From NCBI GenBank assembly GCA_963843575.1, contig CAWJKZ010000010.1, positions 480,001-544,000 of the forward strand: 64,000 bases of DNA. The letters are read 5' to 3'. The DNA is from an uncultured Acidobacteriota bacterium. Lineage in GTDB: Bacteria; Acidobacteriota; UBA6911. How positions within the stretch are numbered: the stretch's first letter is position 1; every line of letters starts with the position of its first letter. Positions 21,815 to 32,134 of the stretch are shown piece after piece. Position numbers and translations under genes: made by a program. The notes beneath the pieces are model-generated. The model saw only the letters and a program-made list of their open reading frames with translations, ran no database searches and was not told the DNA's origin.

Positions 21815-21867
21815 GTGGAATACCTCGTCGCTGTTTAGGACGAAAGAACTCTCCACCGGGTTCACTT

Positions 21868-21933
21868 TGGAGTGCAGCGGCTCGACGCCGCCAGCGACCC
21901 CCACTTGGACCGGCGCCCAGGCGCCGCACTCCA
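21868..21933. repeat. REP-A inverted doublet (short)
   Basis: TGGAGTGCAGCGGCTCGACGCCG ... CGGCGCCCAGGCGCCGCACTCCA. Confidence 0.85.
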
Positions 21934-21937
21934 TAGG

Positions 21938-22909
21938 TCAGGCGTAATAGGAGGCGACGCAGCGGTCCATCACCCATGAAGCCCGGGCGCCGCTCTCCCC
22001 GGTCGACTCGCAGGTGCCGCGACCGAGCAGCTGGTTCACCACCGTCTGGATCAGCGGCTGGTGCACGTGCGGGGGGTTGCGGAAGGTGAAGACCTCCTCC
22101 TTCCCCTTTCTGCGCAGGGTGAAATCGCCGTCGGTGAATACGGGAACCCGCAGTTCGCCTTCCGTGCCGGTTATCACGAACCCGTCCTCGTTGTGCTCGG
22201 CGTTGAAGTTCCACACCCCGGTACCCACCTGTCCGGACTTGAACTCGAAACACGCAGCGGTCACGTCCTCGGCAGGGTAAGCTCCTGCCGTGTTCACGGC
22301 AAAGCCGGCGGCCCTGGTAATCGGCCCCAACAGGAAATCAAGCAAGTCGATCCCGTGCGAGGCCAGGTCAAAGAACAGGCCGGCCCCGGCGATCGCCGGG
22401 GCCACACGCCAGGGGAGGTCGGGTCCGGCCAACCGGTTCGGCTCGTATTGCACGAGGTGCACCGACGTCGGCGTCCCCAGAGCACCGCTACGCAGCAGCT
22501 CGCGCACCGCGAGGAAGCGCGGGAGCGCGCGCCGGTAGTAGGCCACAAAAAGCGGCAGGCCTTTTTCGCGGAAACGTTCCGTCATCTGCAGGCACTCGTC
22601 GTGGCTCATCGCCATCGGCTTCTCGACCAGGCAGGGCTTGCCTGCGGAGGCCACTTCCAGCGCCAGCCCGCGGTGGGACGACGGCGGCGTCGCGATGTAC
22701 ACGGCATCCACACCCGGGTCGTGGATCAGGTCGTCCGCCCGGTCGTAAAAACGCGCGACCCCGTGGCGGCGCGCATAGTCGGAGGCCTTGTCCCGGCTGC
22801 GTCTCATGACCGCCACGAGCGCCGATCCGTCCGCTTTCTGAAACCCGGGCCCGCTCTTGACCTCGGCGACGTTCCCGCACCCGATCAACCCCCAGCGTAC
22901 GATGTTCAT
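21938..22909 (-). CDS. Gfo/Idh/MocA family oxidoreductase
   Basis: WGLIGCG, VDAVYIATP, VEKPMA and DLASHGID. Confidence 0.92.
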   Translation of the reverse strand: MNIVRWGLIGCGNVAEVKSGPGFQKADGSALVAVMRRSRDKASDYARRHGVARFYDRADDLIHDPGVDAVYIATPPSSHRGLALEVASAGKPCLVEKPMAMSHDECLQMTERFREKGLPLFVAYYRRALPRFLAVRELLRSGALGTPTSVHLVQYEPNRLAGPDLPWRVAPAIAGAGLFFDLASHGIDLLDFLLGPITRAAGFAVNTAGAYPAEDVTAACFEFKSGQVGTGVWNFNAEHNEDGFVITGTEGELRVPVFTDGDFTLRRKGKEEVFTFRNPPHVHQPLIQTVVNQLLGRGTCESTGESGARASWVMDRCVASYYA

Positions 22910-23138
22910 GAGACACCCCATTTCGAATGAGCCTGCTATTCGAGATTCTCCGGGTCCTGCCGGCTTTTCAGTCGGAGGCCGGGCAAATTTCCCGCATCAA
23001 GGCTGAGAAACTGCTCGCCCGGCCCCGGGGCAAACTCGGTGATCCACGGGCATTAACACTCCGGGGCGCGACTGGCCAGCGAGTTGCCTGTAGTCCGGGG
23101 CGCAGAGGGAACAGACCCTGGCGCACATGGGGGGAGCT

Positions 23139-23360
23139 ATGGCCACGCGAACGATCGGTATCATCCTCATAGTCGCCGGGGTCCTGATCCTGGCATACCA
23201 GGGGATCACCTACACAACCCGCGAGAAAATCCTGGATATCGGGCCGATCGAGGCAAGCAAGGAAAGCACCAGGTCCATTCCGCTTCCTCCCATCATCGGC
23301 GCAGCCGCCATTGCCGGGGGTGCCATCCTCGTCTTCAAGAGAAAAGGGGTGAGGTCGTAG
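23139..23360 (+). CDS. Small two-TM membrane protein (DUF3185-like)
   Basis: GIILIVAG..YQGITYTTREKILDIGPIEA..IPLPPIIG. GGGAG SD. Confidence 0.8.
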   Translation: MATRTIGIILIVAGVLILAYQGITYTTREKILDIGPIEASKESTRSIPLPPIIGAAAIAGGAILVFKRKGVRS

Positions 23361-23373
23361 GGTCGAGTTCAGT

Positions 23374-25608
23374 TCAATTCGATCCCCGCTGGAGTTCTTC
23401 GGCCGCGGAGGCGACGAGGGCCGCCAACCGGTTCAGCGCGCGTGCGGCCCGCGCGACCTCGGCCTCGGCTTCCGAGTAGCGTTTCTGCTCGATGGACTCG
23501 CGCACTCCAGGGATCGTCTTTACGTCATACCCGGTGTAGAACCCGGGCGCATAGACAAGGTGACGGAACCACTCGCGGTTGGGGAGTCCCGCGGGATCGA
23601 GCATCTGGCGCTCGGCCTGGGCGAGCTTGAGGTTGACGGAACGAGCGACGTCGGGGTGCGCATCGAGCGCCGGCCGGGCCGCTGCGGCGGCCTTTTCGTA
23701 CCGCTCCGCGACGGCCGTCAACTGGGCGGCGGCATTCTCCAGGGGCGCAAAGTTGATCGCCGGCGGCACGTTCTCGGCCTGCGGGGACGCCACGGGTCTC
23801 CTGGGATCGCGCAGGTCGGCGGGCACACCCTCTTCGATCTGCCGATTGAGTTCGCGGACGTCTTCCTGGCGCTGCTTGAGCAACGCCTGGAGCTCGCCGA
23901 CATAGCCGGCGATGGTTTCGGCGGGGCGGCTGAACTCGAAGGGAAGCAGCTGGGCGTCGGCAAGCCGCATGACGGCGGTCCCCACCGTCTGGGCCAGCGC
24001 GCGGCCGTAGATGAATCCCGGGTCGTGGAAGCGGGTGTAGTGATAGAAATCATCGTATATCGAGTGGTAGATCCCATCGTCGTCTTCGCCCCCGAACCCG
24101 AGGTTCAGGACCGCAACGCCGTTGTGCTGCAGGAAAGGGGTGTAGTCCGAACCGGAGCCAAGCGCGCCGATCGGCAGATCGGAGCGAGACCGTGCGCGGC
24201 TCCGCTCCTCCGCGTTGCCGCCTGCGATCCTGGATGATTGCAGGCGTTTCCACACGCTCACGCCGGCTTCGGGGTCGTCGACGGCGCGGGCGACGTCGTT
24301 GACGAACCGCTGGAGCGTGTGTGATCCGCCCATCGAGAGGAAACCGCGCCCGTTGGCGTCGGTGTTGATGTAGGCCACGGCCTTCTTTTCGAGCTCCGGG
24401 CCGTGGAGTTCCACCCACTCGGTCGAGCCGAGGAGCGCCGGTTCCTCCCCGTCCCACGCAGCATACACGATCGTCCGCTTCGGTTGCCAGCCTTGACGGC
24501 GCAACTCGCCCAGCACGCGCGCCTCTTCGAGCTCCGCGGCCATGGCGCTGACGGGGTCTGCGGCGCCGTTGACCCAGGCATCGTGGTGATTGCCGCGGAT
24601 AATCCACTCGTCCGGGTAGGAGGAGCCTGGGATCCGGGCGATCACGTCGTAGATCGGCTTGATGTCCCAGTTGAACGCCAACTTCAGGTGCACGGTGGCC
24701 GGTCCCGGCCCGAAGTGGTAGGTCAGGGGCAGGGCGCCCCGCCACTCGGCGGGCACGACCGGGCCCTTGAGGGCAGCCAGCAGCGGCTGTGCGTCGCCAT
24801 AAGAGATCGGCAGCACCGGGATCCTGGTCAGGGTCCGGGCATCCTTCAACGCCAGCCTCCGGGCATCGGGGGTCGCGCCAATCCCCGGGGTCAGTGGGTC
24901 GCCGGGATACACGGGCATGTCCATTACGCTTCCCCGTTGCACCCCGTCGCGGTTGCGCATCGGACCCTCCGGGAACACGTCCCCCTCGAAGTACCCGTCT
25001 TCCCGCGGATCGGAGTAGATCAGGCAGCCCACGGCTCCGTGCTCGGCCGCCACCTTGGGCTTGATCCCGCGCCAGGAGGCGCCGTAGCGGGCGATCACGA
25101 CGGCCCCTTTGACGGAAATGCCGTACCGGTCGAGCTGCTCGTAATCGATGGGGCGGCCGTAGTTCACGTAGACCAGAGGCCCGGTCACGTCGCCGTCGAC
25201 CGAATACGCCGTGTAGGACGGGAGCTGCTCGGATTTCTGCGCGCTGGTCGGGTCCTGCGGGATCACCGGTTCGTCGAGGCGCGCTACGAACTTCGATGGG
25301 CCGAGCATCTCCAGCACCCGCTCCTTCGGCGTCGGGAACAGCACCTCGAACTGCTCGATCGAGGCTTCCCACCCGAACTCCTTGAACTTCGCCAGCAGCC
25401 ACTCGGCGTTGTCCTTGTCGTACGGCGAGCCGACGTGATGGGGGTGCGCGCTCAGCCGGCGCGCGTACTCGCGTATGTGCGCCGGATCCGGTTGCGCGCG
25501 GAAGGAGGCTTCCCAATTATCCCCGGCGACCGGGGACGAACCGGCAGGTCGAGGAGACGCCTGCAGGAGGGCGACAACAAGCAACAGAACGACTCTTCGC
25601 ATCGACAT
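23374..25608 (-). CDS. M28 glutamate carboxypeptidase II-like peptidase (PA + TfR dimerisation domains)
   Basis: PA domain (VYVNYG, GCLIYSDP), GNHHDAW, GAADP, WDGEE, GSGSDY, YHSIYD and WFRHLVYAPG. Confidence 0.93.
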   Translation of the reverse strand: MSMRRVVLLLVVALLQASPRPAGSSPVAGDNWEASFRAQPDPAHIREYARRLSAHPHHVGSPYDKDNAEWLLAKFKEFGWEASIEQFEVLFPTPKERVLEMLGPSKFVARLDEPVIPQDPTSAQKSEQLPSYTAYSVDGDVTGPLVYVNYGRPIDYEQLDRYGISVKGAVVIARYGASWRGIKPKVAAEHGAVGCLIYSDPREDGYFEGDVFPEGPMRNRDGVQRGSVMDMPVYPGDPLTPGIGATPDARRLALKDARTLTRIPVLPISYGDAQPLLAALKGPVVPAEWRGALPLTYHFGPGPATVHLKLAFNWDIKPIYDVIARIPGSSYPDEWIIRGNHHDAWVNGAADPVSAMAAELEEARVLGELRRQGWQPKRTIVYAAWDGEEPALLGSTEWVELHGPELEKKAVAYINTDANGRGFLSMGGSHTLQRFVNDVARAVDDPEAGVSVWKRLQSSRIAGGNAEERSRARSRSDLPIGALGSGSDYTPFLQHNGVAVLNLGFGGEDDDGIYHSIYDDFYHYTRFHDPGFIYGRALAQTVGTAVMRLADAQLLPFEFSRPAETIAGYVGELQALLKQRQEDVRELNRQIEEGVPADLRDPRRPVASPQAENVPPAINFAPLENAAAQLTAVAERYEKAAAAARPALDAHPDVARSVNLKLAQAERQMLDPAGLPNREWFRHLVYAPGFYTGYDVKTIPGVRESIEQKRYSEAEAEVARAARALNRLAALVASAAEELQRGSN

Positions 25609-25734
25609 CAGGACACCTCGGGTTTCGTCGCAGGATGCTGCGGGAATTTGTATCGCGCGCGGTGGCCGAGGGCAAGCCGTAATGCGCGTGGTAAGCTATC
25701 GGGGTTCGGATTTCAACTCGACAGTGGAGGTATC

Positions 25735-26367
25735 GTGGCGGAATCCCATGCTCCCCGCGTGCTCGAGTGGGCGCGGGAAATCCAGGCACTGGCGCAAACG
25801 GAGTTGCACTTCGCCCACGACGATTTTCAGAGACAGCGCTGCCGCCGCCTCGTCGAGATCGCCGCCGAGATGATCAGCGAGAGCTCGTCGATCGCCTTCG
25901 CCCCCGTTGTCAGGGCGTTCGCGGCGCAGATCGGCTACGCCACGCCCAAGGTGGACGTCCGGGCGGCTGTGTTCGACGGCGCCGGCAAGCTGCTGTTCGT
26001 GCGCGAACGCATCGACGGCGGCTGGACGCTTCCCGGCGGCTGGGTGGATGTCGGGAACGTCCCATCGGAAGCAGCCGAGCGCGAAACCCTCGAGGAGTCC
26101 GGGTTGCGCGTCAAAGCGCGCAAGGTCATCGGCGTCTACGACGCCAACCGGATGCGCCCGATCGAAGTCTTCCACGCCTTCAAGATCGTGTTTCAGTGCG
26201 AGCTGCTGGGCGGCGAGCCGGGGCCGAGCGAAGAGACTTCCGAGGTGGCCTTCTTCGGGCCTTCGGACCTCCCGTCTACTCTCTCGGGCGAGCGCACGAG
26301 ACCACGTCACATCGCCGACGCCTTCCTCTCCTTCGCCCACCCGGACGCCCCCACTGTGTTCGACTGA
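25735..26367 (+). CDS. NUDIX hydrolase with Nudix_N domain
   Basis: GYATPKVDVR and the Nudix box PGGWVDVG..AAERETLEESGL. GGAGG precedes the GTG. Confidence 0.9.
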   Translation: MAESHAPRVLEWAREIQALAQTELHFAHDDFQRQRCRRLVEIAAEMISESSSIAFAPVVRAFAAQIGYATPKVDVRAAVFDGAGKLLFVRERIDGGWTLPGGWVDVGNVPSEAAERETLEESGLRVKARKVIGVYDANRMRPIEVFHAFKIVFQCELLGGEPGPSEETSEVAFFGPSDLPSTLSGERTRPRHIADAFLSFAHPDAPTVFD

Positions 26368-26370
26368 TCG

Positions 26371-26521
26371 TGGAGTGCGGCGGCTCGACGCCGCTTTGTT
26401 GGCGGCGCCTGGGCGCCGCCCGCTTCGAGATTGCGGATGTCGTTATTCAGCATGGCGCCGAGGCGCCGGGCATTTCGGCCGTAGATCGTAAGTGAAAGCG
26501 GCGCCGAGGCGCCGCACTCCA
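26371..26521. repeat. REP-A composite element (long form)
   Basis: TGGAGTGCGGCGGCTCGACGCCGCTTT ... CATGGCGCCGAGGCGCCGGGCATT ... AAAGCGGCGCCGAGGCGCCGCACTCCA. Confidence 0.9.
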
Positions 26522-26533
26522 AAGGAGCGCCCG

Positions 26534-29500
26534 ATGTTTCGCAAACCTGTGTTCTGGCTCGTGTTCGTGTTGTTTTCCGGCGGATGCGCCTGGTTCGCGC
26601 TGCGCTACTTCGCCCAGGCGTTCCCGATCGTCTCGCTCGATCTGCGCATGGATCGGGCTGGCGCGCTAACCCGGGCGAGGCAGCTGGACGAGACCTACCG
26701 GCTGGCCCCTGCCGGCTTTCGCGAAGTCGCTTCGTTTCAGCGTGAGCAGGAGGTGCAGAACTTCGTGGAACTCGAAGCGGGAGGCACGGACGCCCTCCGG
26801 GGCATGTTCACGTCGGGCCTCTATCACCCGTTCAAGTGGGTGGTGCGGCACTTCAAAGAAGGGGAGGCTCGGGAAGCGCAACTGTGGTTCACCCCCCGCG
26901 GCGATCCGTACGGGTTCGCCGTGAAGCTCCCGGAAGGAGAGGCCGGGGCGGTCCTCGCCCCAGCCGACGCGCAGCAGGTCGCGGAACGGACGGCCTCGCG
27001 GGATTGGGCCGTGGAGCTCTCCGGCTATCGCCTGGTCGAAAAAGCGCGCGAGGTGCGGCTGGGCGGCCGCGTCGACCACACCTTCGTCTACGAGCGACCC
27101 GATATCCGGATCGGGGCGGGACGTTACCGCCTGCGCCTGGTCGTGGGCGGCGACCGGCTGACGGAATTGCGTCACTTCGTGCAAGTCCCGGAGGCGTTCT
27201 CGCGCCGCTACGAACAGATGCGGTCCGCCAACACGGCAATCGGCGCCGGCGCGGCCATCGCCATGCTTGTCCTGTACCTCGTGGGCGGCTGCGCGATCGG
27301 CCTGTTCTTCCTGATGCGGCAGCGCTGGATCCTCTGGCGCCAGCCGCTGCTCTGGGGTCTGTTTATCGCCCTCCTGCAGACCCTGTCCGGAATCAACTCC
27401 TGGCCGCTCCGCTGGCTTGGTTATGACACGGCGGTCTCCGTCGGCGGGTTCACGGCGCAGCAGCTTGCGCTGCTCGGGCTGATGTTCGTGTTGAACACGT
27501 TCGTCTTCTCGCTGTCGTTCATGGCGGCCGAAGGGCTGTCGCGTAGGGCGTTTCCGCACCACCCGCAACTGTGGAGGCTCTGGTCGCCGCAGGTCGCCGC
27601 TTCCAGGGGCGTGCTCGGCCGCACGGTGGCGGCCTACATGCTCGTCGCCGTGTTTTTCGCTTACGAGGTGGTGCTGTACTTCATCACGACCCGCTACCTC
27701 GGCTGGTGGACCCCCTCCGACACGCTTGTCGACCCGGACGTCCTGGCGTCCTATTTCCCCTGGCTGACGTCGATTGCAGCCTCGTCCCAGGCGGGGTTCT
27801 GGGAAGAGACTCTGTTCAGGGCCGTGCCGCTGGCGGGAGCGGCGCTCCTGGGCACCCGGTTCGGCAGGCGCAACTGGTGGATCGCGGCCGCCATGGTCCT
27901 GCAAGCCCTTGTCTTCGGCGCCGGGCACGCCAGCTATGCCACACAGCCGTCCTACGCCCGGCTGGTCGAACTGGTCGTGCCTTCGTTCATTTTCGGCGCC
28001 CTCTATCTCGCCTTCGGCCTGCTGCCCTCCATAGTCATGCACTTCGCCTACGACGTGGTCTGGTTCGCCATCCCCGTGTTTGTGTCGACGGCGCCGGGCA
28101 TCTGGACCGATCGGGTGTTGCTGATCCTGCTGGCGCTCGTGCCGCTATGGGTCGTGCTGGTCTCCCGGTGCCGTGCCCGAGCCTGGACCGAGATGCCCTC
28201 CACGGCGCGCAACGGAGCATGGCAGCCGGCCGAACCCCGCCCGGAGGCTCCGCCAGCCATCGTCCCCGGCGCGGCCGTCCCCTCAGCCCACGCGCGGTGG
28301 GTGCTCCTTGCGGGAACCGCCGGCCTCGTGCTCTGGGCGCTGTTGACCCCTTTCCACACCGACTCGCCCGCGTTGCAGGTAAGCGGCGGGCAGGCCGAGG
28401 ACGCCGCGCGGCAGGAACTCGCCCGCCGCGGGATCCGGCTCGGCGGCCAGTGGAAGGTGCTGCGCGGCCTCGCCGCCACCCCCGGGGAGGCCCACCGGTT
28501 CGTCTGGCAGACCTCGGGACGCGCAGCGTACCGGGACCTGCTCGGCACCTACCTGCCCGAGCCGCGCAGGACGGTTCGATTCGCCCGGTTTGAAGGGGAT
28601 GTGGCGGAACGAGCCGAGGAGTACCTGGTATCGGTCTCCGGTGCTGCGCAGGTAAGACGGTTCAAGCACACGCTCCCCGAGGACAGGCCCGGCGCATCGC
28701 TCGCGGAAGCGGATGCGCGCGCACTCGCCCGGCGCGCGCTGGGCGAGCTCTTTCAGGCAGACGCGACGCGGCTCTACGAAGTGTCGGCCGTCCCCTCGAA
28801 GCTCAAAAACCGCACCGACTGGCTATTTACCTTCTCGGACAGGATAAAGACCCTGAAGCAGGGGGAAGCGCGGATCGGGATCCAGGTCGCGGGTGACGAG
28901 GTCGTGGACGGGTACAGGTTCGTGCATGTGCCCGAGGACTGGTCGCGGGGCGAGCGGGACCGGCGGGTCGTGCCCGACGTGGTGGAAATGTCGATGCGCG
29001 TGCTCCTGGTTCTCGCGGCCCTCGCGGGCGCGGTCGCCGCGGTGATCCGCTGGAGCCGGAGACGATTTTCGGTCTCGGCGTTCCTCTTGCTCCTCGCGGG
29101 GGGCGCGGTCGCCGGGGGAGCCAACCTCCTGAACCAGTTCCCCACCCTGGCTGCGCAGTTCTCGACCGCGCAGCCGTTCAAGCTCCAGGCGGCTCTCTTC
29201 GTCGGCGGCGGCCTGGTCGCGGCAGTCCTGCTCGCCGCCGGGACGGCGCTGCTCGGCGGATTCGCGGCGGCCTGGCGCCCAGCGGCTCCGGCAGGGGCAG
29301 CCGGCAGCCCGATCGGGGGGTTGTCGTTCGCGGCCGTCCTGGCAGGGCTCTCCGCGCTCCTTTCCCGGTTCGGCCCCAGGCTCGCGCCGGCGTGGTCGAA
29401 CTACGGGCCGCTGGGGACCTGGAGCCCGTGGCTCGATGCCCTCGTGGAACCTGTGGCAGGATACCTGGTGCAGTCGATCCTGCTCTTGCTCTTCGTGATT

Positions 29501-29869
29501 GCCGTCGACCGGTTCACCGGCGGGTGGATGCGCAGGAAGGCCGCCGGGGTCGGGCTGTTCCTGGCGGCGGGGATCACCGCCGGCGGTTCGATCGAAACCC
29601 TCCAGTCCTGGTTGATGGCGGGCGTCGCCGGCGGGGTGGTGCTGTTTCTGGCCTATGTCCACGTGCTGCGCATCGACTCGCGGGCGGCCCTGTTCGCGGT
29701 GGCGGGCCTGCAGATCCTCGCCGTCGTGCAGGATGCTTTGTCCGGGGCATTTCCCGCGGTGGTGCCGCTCGCGGCGCTCCGGGCGGCCGTGATCCTGGGC
29801 GCGGCCTGGCTCCTGTTTCGCGGTTTGTCGCCCGACAGGAGCGCATGCGCACCCGCATCTCAAACGTGA
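26534..29869 (+). CDS. Large CPBP (CAAX/Abi) family intramembrane metalloprotease with a duplicated extracytoplasmic domain
   Basis: WEETLFRA, FGAGH and MHFAYD motifs; many TM helices; two homologous soluble domains. Confidence 0.85.
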   Translation: MFRKPVFWLVFVLFSGGCAWFALRYFAQAFPIVSLDLRMDRAGALTRARQLDETYRLAPAGFREVASFQREQEVQNFVELEAGGTDALRGMFTSGLYHPFKWVVRHFKEGEAREAQLWFTPRGDPYGFAVKLPEGEAGAVLAPADAQQVAERTASRDWAVELSGYRLVEKAREVRLGGRVDHTFVYERPDIRIGAGRYRLRLVVGGDRLTELRHFVQVPEAFSRRYEQMRSANTAIGAGAAIAMLVLYLVGGCAIGLFFLMRQRWILWRQPLLWGLFIALLQTLSGINSWPLRWLGYDTAVSVGGFTAQQLALLGLMFVLNTFVFSLSFMAAEGLSRRAFPHHPQLWRLWSPQVAASRGVLGRTVAAYMLVAVFFAYEVVLYFITTRYLGWWTPSDTLVDPDVLASYFPWLTSIAASSQAGFWEETLFRAVPLAGAALLGTRFGRRNWWIAAAMVLQALVFGAGHASYATQPSYARLVELVVPSFIFGALYLAFGLLPSIVMHFAYDVVWFAIPVFVSTAPGIWTDRVLLILLALVPLWVVLVSRCRARAWTEMPSTARNGAWQPAEPRPEAPPAIVPGAAVPSAHARWVLLAGTAGLVLWALLTPFHTDSPALQVSGGQAEDAARQELARRGIRLGGQWKVLRGLAATPGEAHRFVWQTSGRAAYRDLLGTYLPEPRRTVRFARFEGDVAERAEEYLVSVSGAAQVRRFKHTLPEDRPGASLAEADARALARRALGELFQADATRLYEVSAVPSKLKNRTDWLFTFSDRIKTLKQGEARIGIQVAGDEVVDGYRFVHVPEDWSRGERDRRVVPDVVEMSMRVLLVLAALAGAVAAVIRWSRRRFSVSAFLLLLAGGAVAGGANLLNQFPTLAAQFSTAQPFKLQAALFVGGGLVAAVLLAAGTALLGGFAAAWRPAAPAGAAGSPIGGLSFAAVLAGLSALLSRFGPRLAPAWSNYGPLGTWSPWLDALVEPVAGYLVQSILLLLFVIAVDRFTGGWMRRKAAGVGLFLAAGITAGGSIETLQSWLMAGVAGGVVLFLAYVHVLRIDSRAALFAVAGLQILAVVQDALSGAFPAVVPLAALRAAVILGAAWLLFRGLSPDRSACAPASQT

Positions 29870-30831
29870 TTGCGCAGCGCCAGCTCCTTCGGGTGCGGAT
29901 TCAGGTAGACCTGTCCGGAAAGATAGGAAACCTCATACCGGCGCAGATGGTGCTTCAGCAGCGTCAATGGAACGATCAGCGGCACCTCCCCCTTGCGGTA
30001 GTCGTCGATCAGGCCGGCCAGTTCCCGTCGTGAATCTTCGTCCAGCTGCTTTTTCAAGTAGCCGGCCATGTGCTGGAGCACGTTCGCATGGCGCCCGCGG
30101 GTGGCCAGGACCGAGAGTGCCCGCATGAGGCCTTCGTGATACCTGCGCCGCAGCTCGGGTCGCGGGACATCGGCCGCGCCCGCCACGAGCCGCCCGAGCT
30201 CTTTGTAGGCCGCCGGGGAATGAGCCAGGACCGTCAATTTGTGGGCGGTATGGAACTGGATCAGGTCCCGGACGGTCCAGCGCCCGGCCCACAACTCCTG
30301 CAAACGCCGATAGGCGAAGACGCGCTCGACCCAGTTTTCGCGCAACCCCGGGTCGCACAGTCGCCCTTCCTCCTCGATCGGGAGCAGCGGAAAACGCTTG
30401 GCAAGGGCCTCGGCGAAAAGGCCCCGCCCGGTGCGGCTTGGCATCCCGGTAGCGGCGTACACGCGCACCCGCAGAAGCCCGCAACTCGGGGAGTCGCTCT
30501 TCAAGATGTAGCCGCTGAGGTTTTCCTCCTCCAACTGCGGCACCCGGGCACGCGCATAAGCGCGCATCGGGGTGGTCAGATCCCGTCCGCTTTTGGGCAT
30601 GATCATCCGGACCTCGGAGTCGCCCTGCTCCAGCCGCATTGTCTCGCGAGGTGTTCCCAGCCCCAGTTCGACCTCCGGGCAGACCGGCACCCACTCGAAG
30701 TATTGGCCGAGCGTGAGGGTGATATACCGGTCGTGTTTGTGTCCGCCGTCGAACCTCACCTTCTCTCCCAGGAGGCAGGCGGAGATTCCGATCCGCACAG
30801 GGGCGAAGGGGTCAAGCGATCCGTAGCTCAT
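29860..30831 (-). CDS. DUF523/DUF1722 (YbbK/YbgA, 2-thiouracil desulfurase-like) protein
   Basis: GISACLLG..RFDGGHK, VCPEVE, KSDSPSCG, EEEGRL and YLNPHP. Confidence 0.9.
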   Translation of the reverse strand: MSYGSLDPFAPVRIGISACLLGEKVRFDGGHKHDRYITLTLGQYFEWVPVCPEVELGLGTPRETMRLEQGDSEVRMIMPKSGRDLTTPMRAYARARVPQLEEENLSGYILKSDSPSCGLLRVRVYAATGMPSRTGRGLFAEALAKRFPLLPIEEEGRLCDPGLRENWVERVFAYRRLQELWAGRWTVRDLIQFHTAHKLTVLAHSPAAYKELGRLVAGAADVPRPELRRRYHEGLMRALSVLATRGRHANVLQHMAGYLKKQLDEDSRRELAGLIDDYRKGEVPLIVPLTLLKHHLRRYEVSYLSGQVYLNPHPKELALRNHV

Positions 30832-30868
30832 GGGACCTCCTTTCGAGCGACAGCGCGTGGCGTCGCAA

Positions 30869-32131
30869 TCAGCCCCGGAAACGCTCCAGGATGCTGGCGC
30901 CCACCATGATGACGGTGAGGATGATGACCAGGCCGGTGGTGGCCCAGGATACGACGTTGTAGACCGGACCGTTGACGTAGCTACCCATCAGGGACCTCTT
31001 GTTCACCAGGATGAGCATGAAGATCAGGATGAACGGGAGCAGCACGCCGTTCATCACCTGGGAAACCAGGATGATCGTCAGCAGGGGCGCGCCGGGCAGC
31101 AGTATGATGCCGGCGCTGAGCAGAATGATGACGGTGTACAGCCAGTAGAACTCGGGCGCCTCGCCGAAGCTCCGGTCGAGACCGGCCTCGAGTCCCAGCC
31201 CCTCGCACACGCTGTAGGCGGTGGCCAGCGGCAGGATGGAAGCAGCGAACAGGGACGCGTTGGCGAGCCCCAGGGCGAACAGCACCCAGGCGAAGCGGCC
31301 CGCGAGCGGCGCCAGCGCCAGGGCGGCATCCGCCCCGGACTCCACGGTGGTGATCCCGGAACGGTGCAACGTCGCGGCGCAGCTGATCACGATGGCGAAG
31401 GCGACGACCACGGCCATGATGGAGCCGACCACGACGTCGAGGCGCGACTTGTAATACTCCGACAGCTGGATCTTCTTCTCCACGATCGACGACTGCAGAT
31501 AGAACTGCATCCATGGGGCTATGGTCGTCCCCACGATCCCGACCATCATGGAGACGCCGGCGAAATCGAGCGGCATGCTCGGGCGCATCGCCCCTTCGGC
31601 AGCCACGCGCCAGTCCGGGTGGGAAAGCAGCCCGGAGATTGGGTAAGCCAGGTAGAGGAGGCACGCGATCAGGAAGGCCTTCTCGACGGATTTGTAGTTC
31701 CCGAACACGACCAGCCACCAGACGAAGACCGCTCCCAGCGGAACGGAGACATAGCGGCTGATCCCGAACAGCTCGAGGCTCGATGCGAGCCCGGCAAACT
31801 CGGCGACGGCGTTGCCGAGGTTGGTGAACAGGACCGCCATCATCACGAGGAACGTGGCACGCAACCCGAAATGCTCTCGTATGAGGTCGGCCAGCCCCTT
31901 TCCCGTCACCGTCCCCATGCGCGCGCAGATTTCCTGGACGACGATCAGGGCGACTGTCACCGGCAGCAGCAGCCACAGCAGCGAATAACCGTAGCGGGCG
32001 CCGCACAGCGAGTAGGTGTAGATCCCGCCCGCGTCGTTGTCCACGTTGCTCGTGATGAGACCGGGGCCGATGACCGCAAACAACAGGGCCGCCCGGAACC
32101 TGAAGGACCGGAATGCGTCTCGGACGGGCAT
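30869..32131 (-). CDS. NRAMP-family divalent metal transporter (Mg-type, DAGG motif)
   Basis: GPGLITSNVDNDAGG, QEICARMG..TGKGL and GTTIAPWMQF. Confidence 0.9.
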   Translation of the reverse strand: MPVRDAFRSFRFRAALLFAVIGPGLITSNVDNDAGGIYTYSLCGARYGYSLLWLLLPVTVALIVVQEICARMGTVTGKGLADLIREHFGLRATFLVMMAVLFTNLGNAVAEFAGLASSLELFGISRYVSVPLGAVFVWWLVVFGNYKSVEKAFLIACLLYLAYPISGLLSHPDWRVAAEGAMRPSMPLDFAGVSMMVGIVGTTIAPWMQFYLQSSIVEKKIQLSEYYKSRLDVVVGSIMAVVVAFAIVISCAATLHRSGITTVESGADAALALAPLAGRFAWVLFALGLANASLFAASILPLATAYSVCEGLGLEAGLDRSFGEAPEFYWLYTVIILLSAGIILLPGAPLLTIILVSQVMNGVLLPFILIFMLILVNKRSLMGSYVNGPVYNVVSWATTGLVIILTVIMVGASILERFRG

Positions 32132-32134
32132 CGG

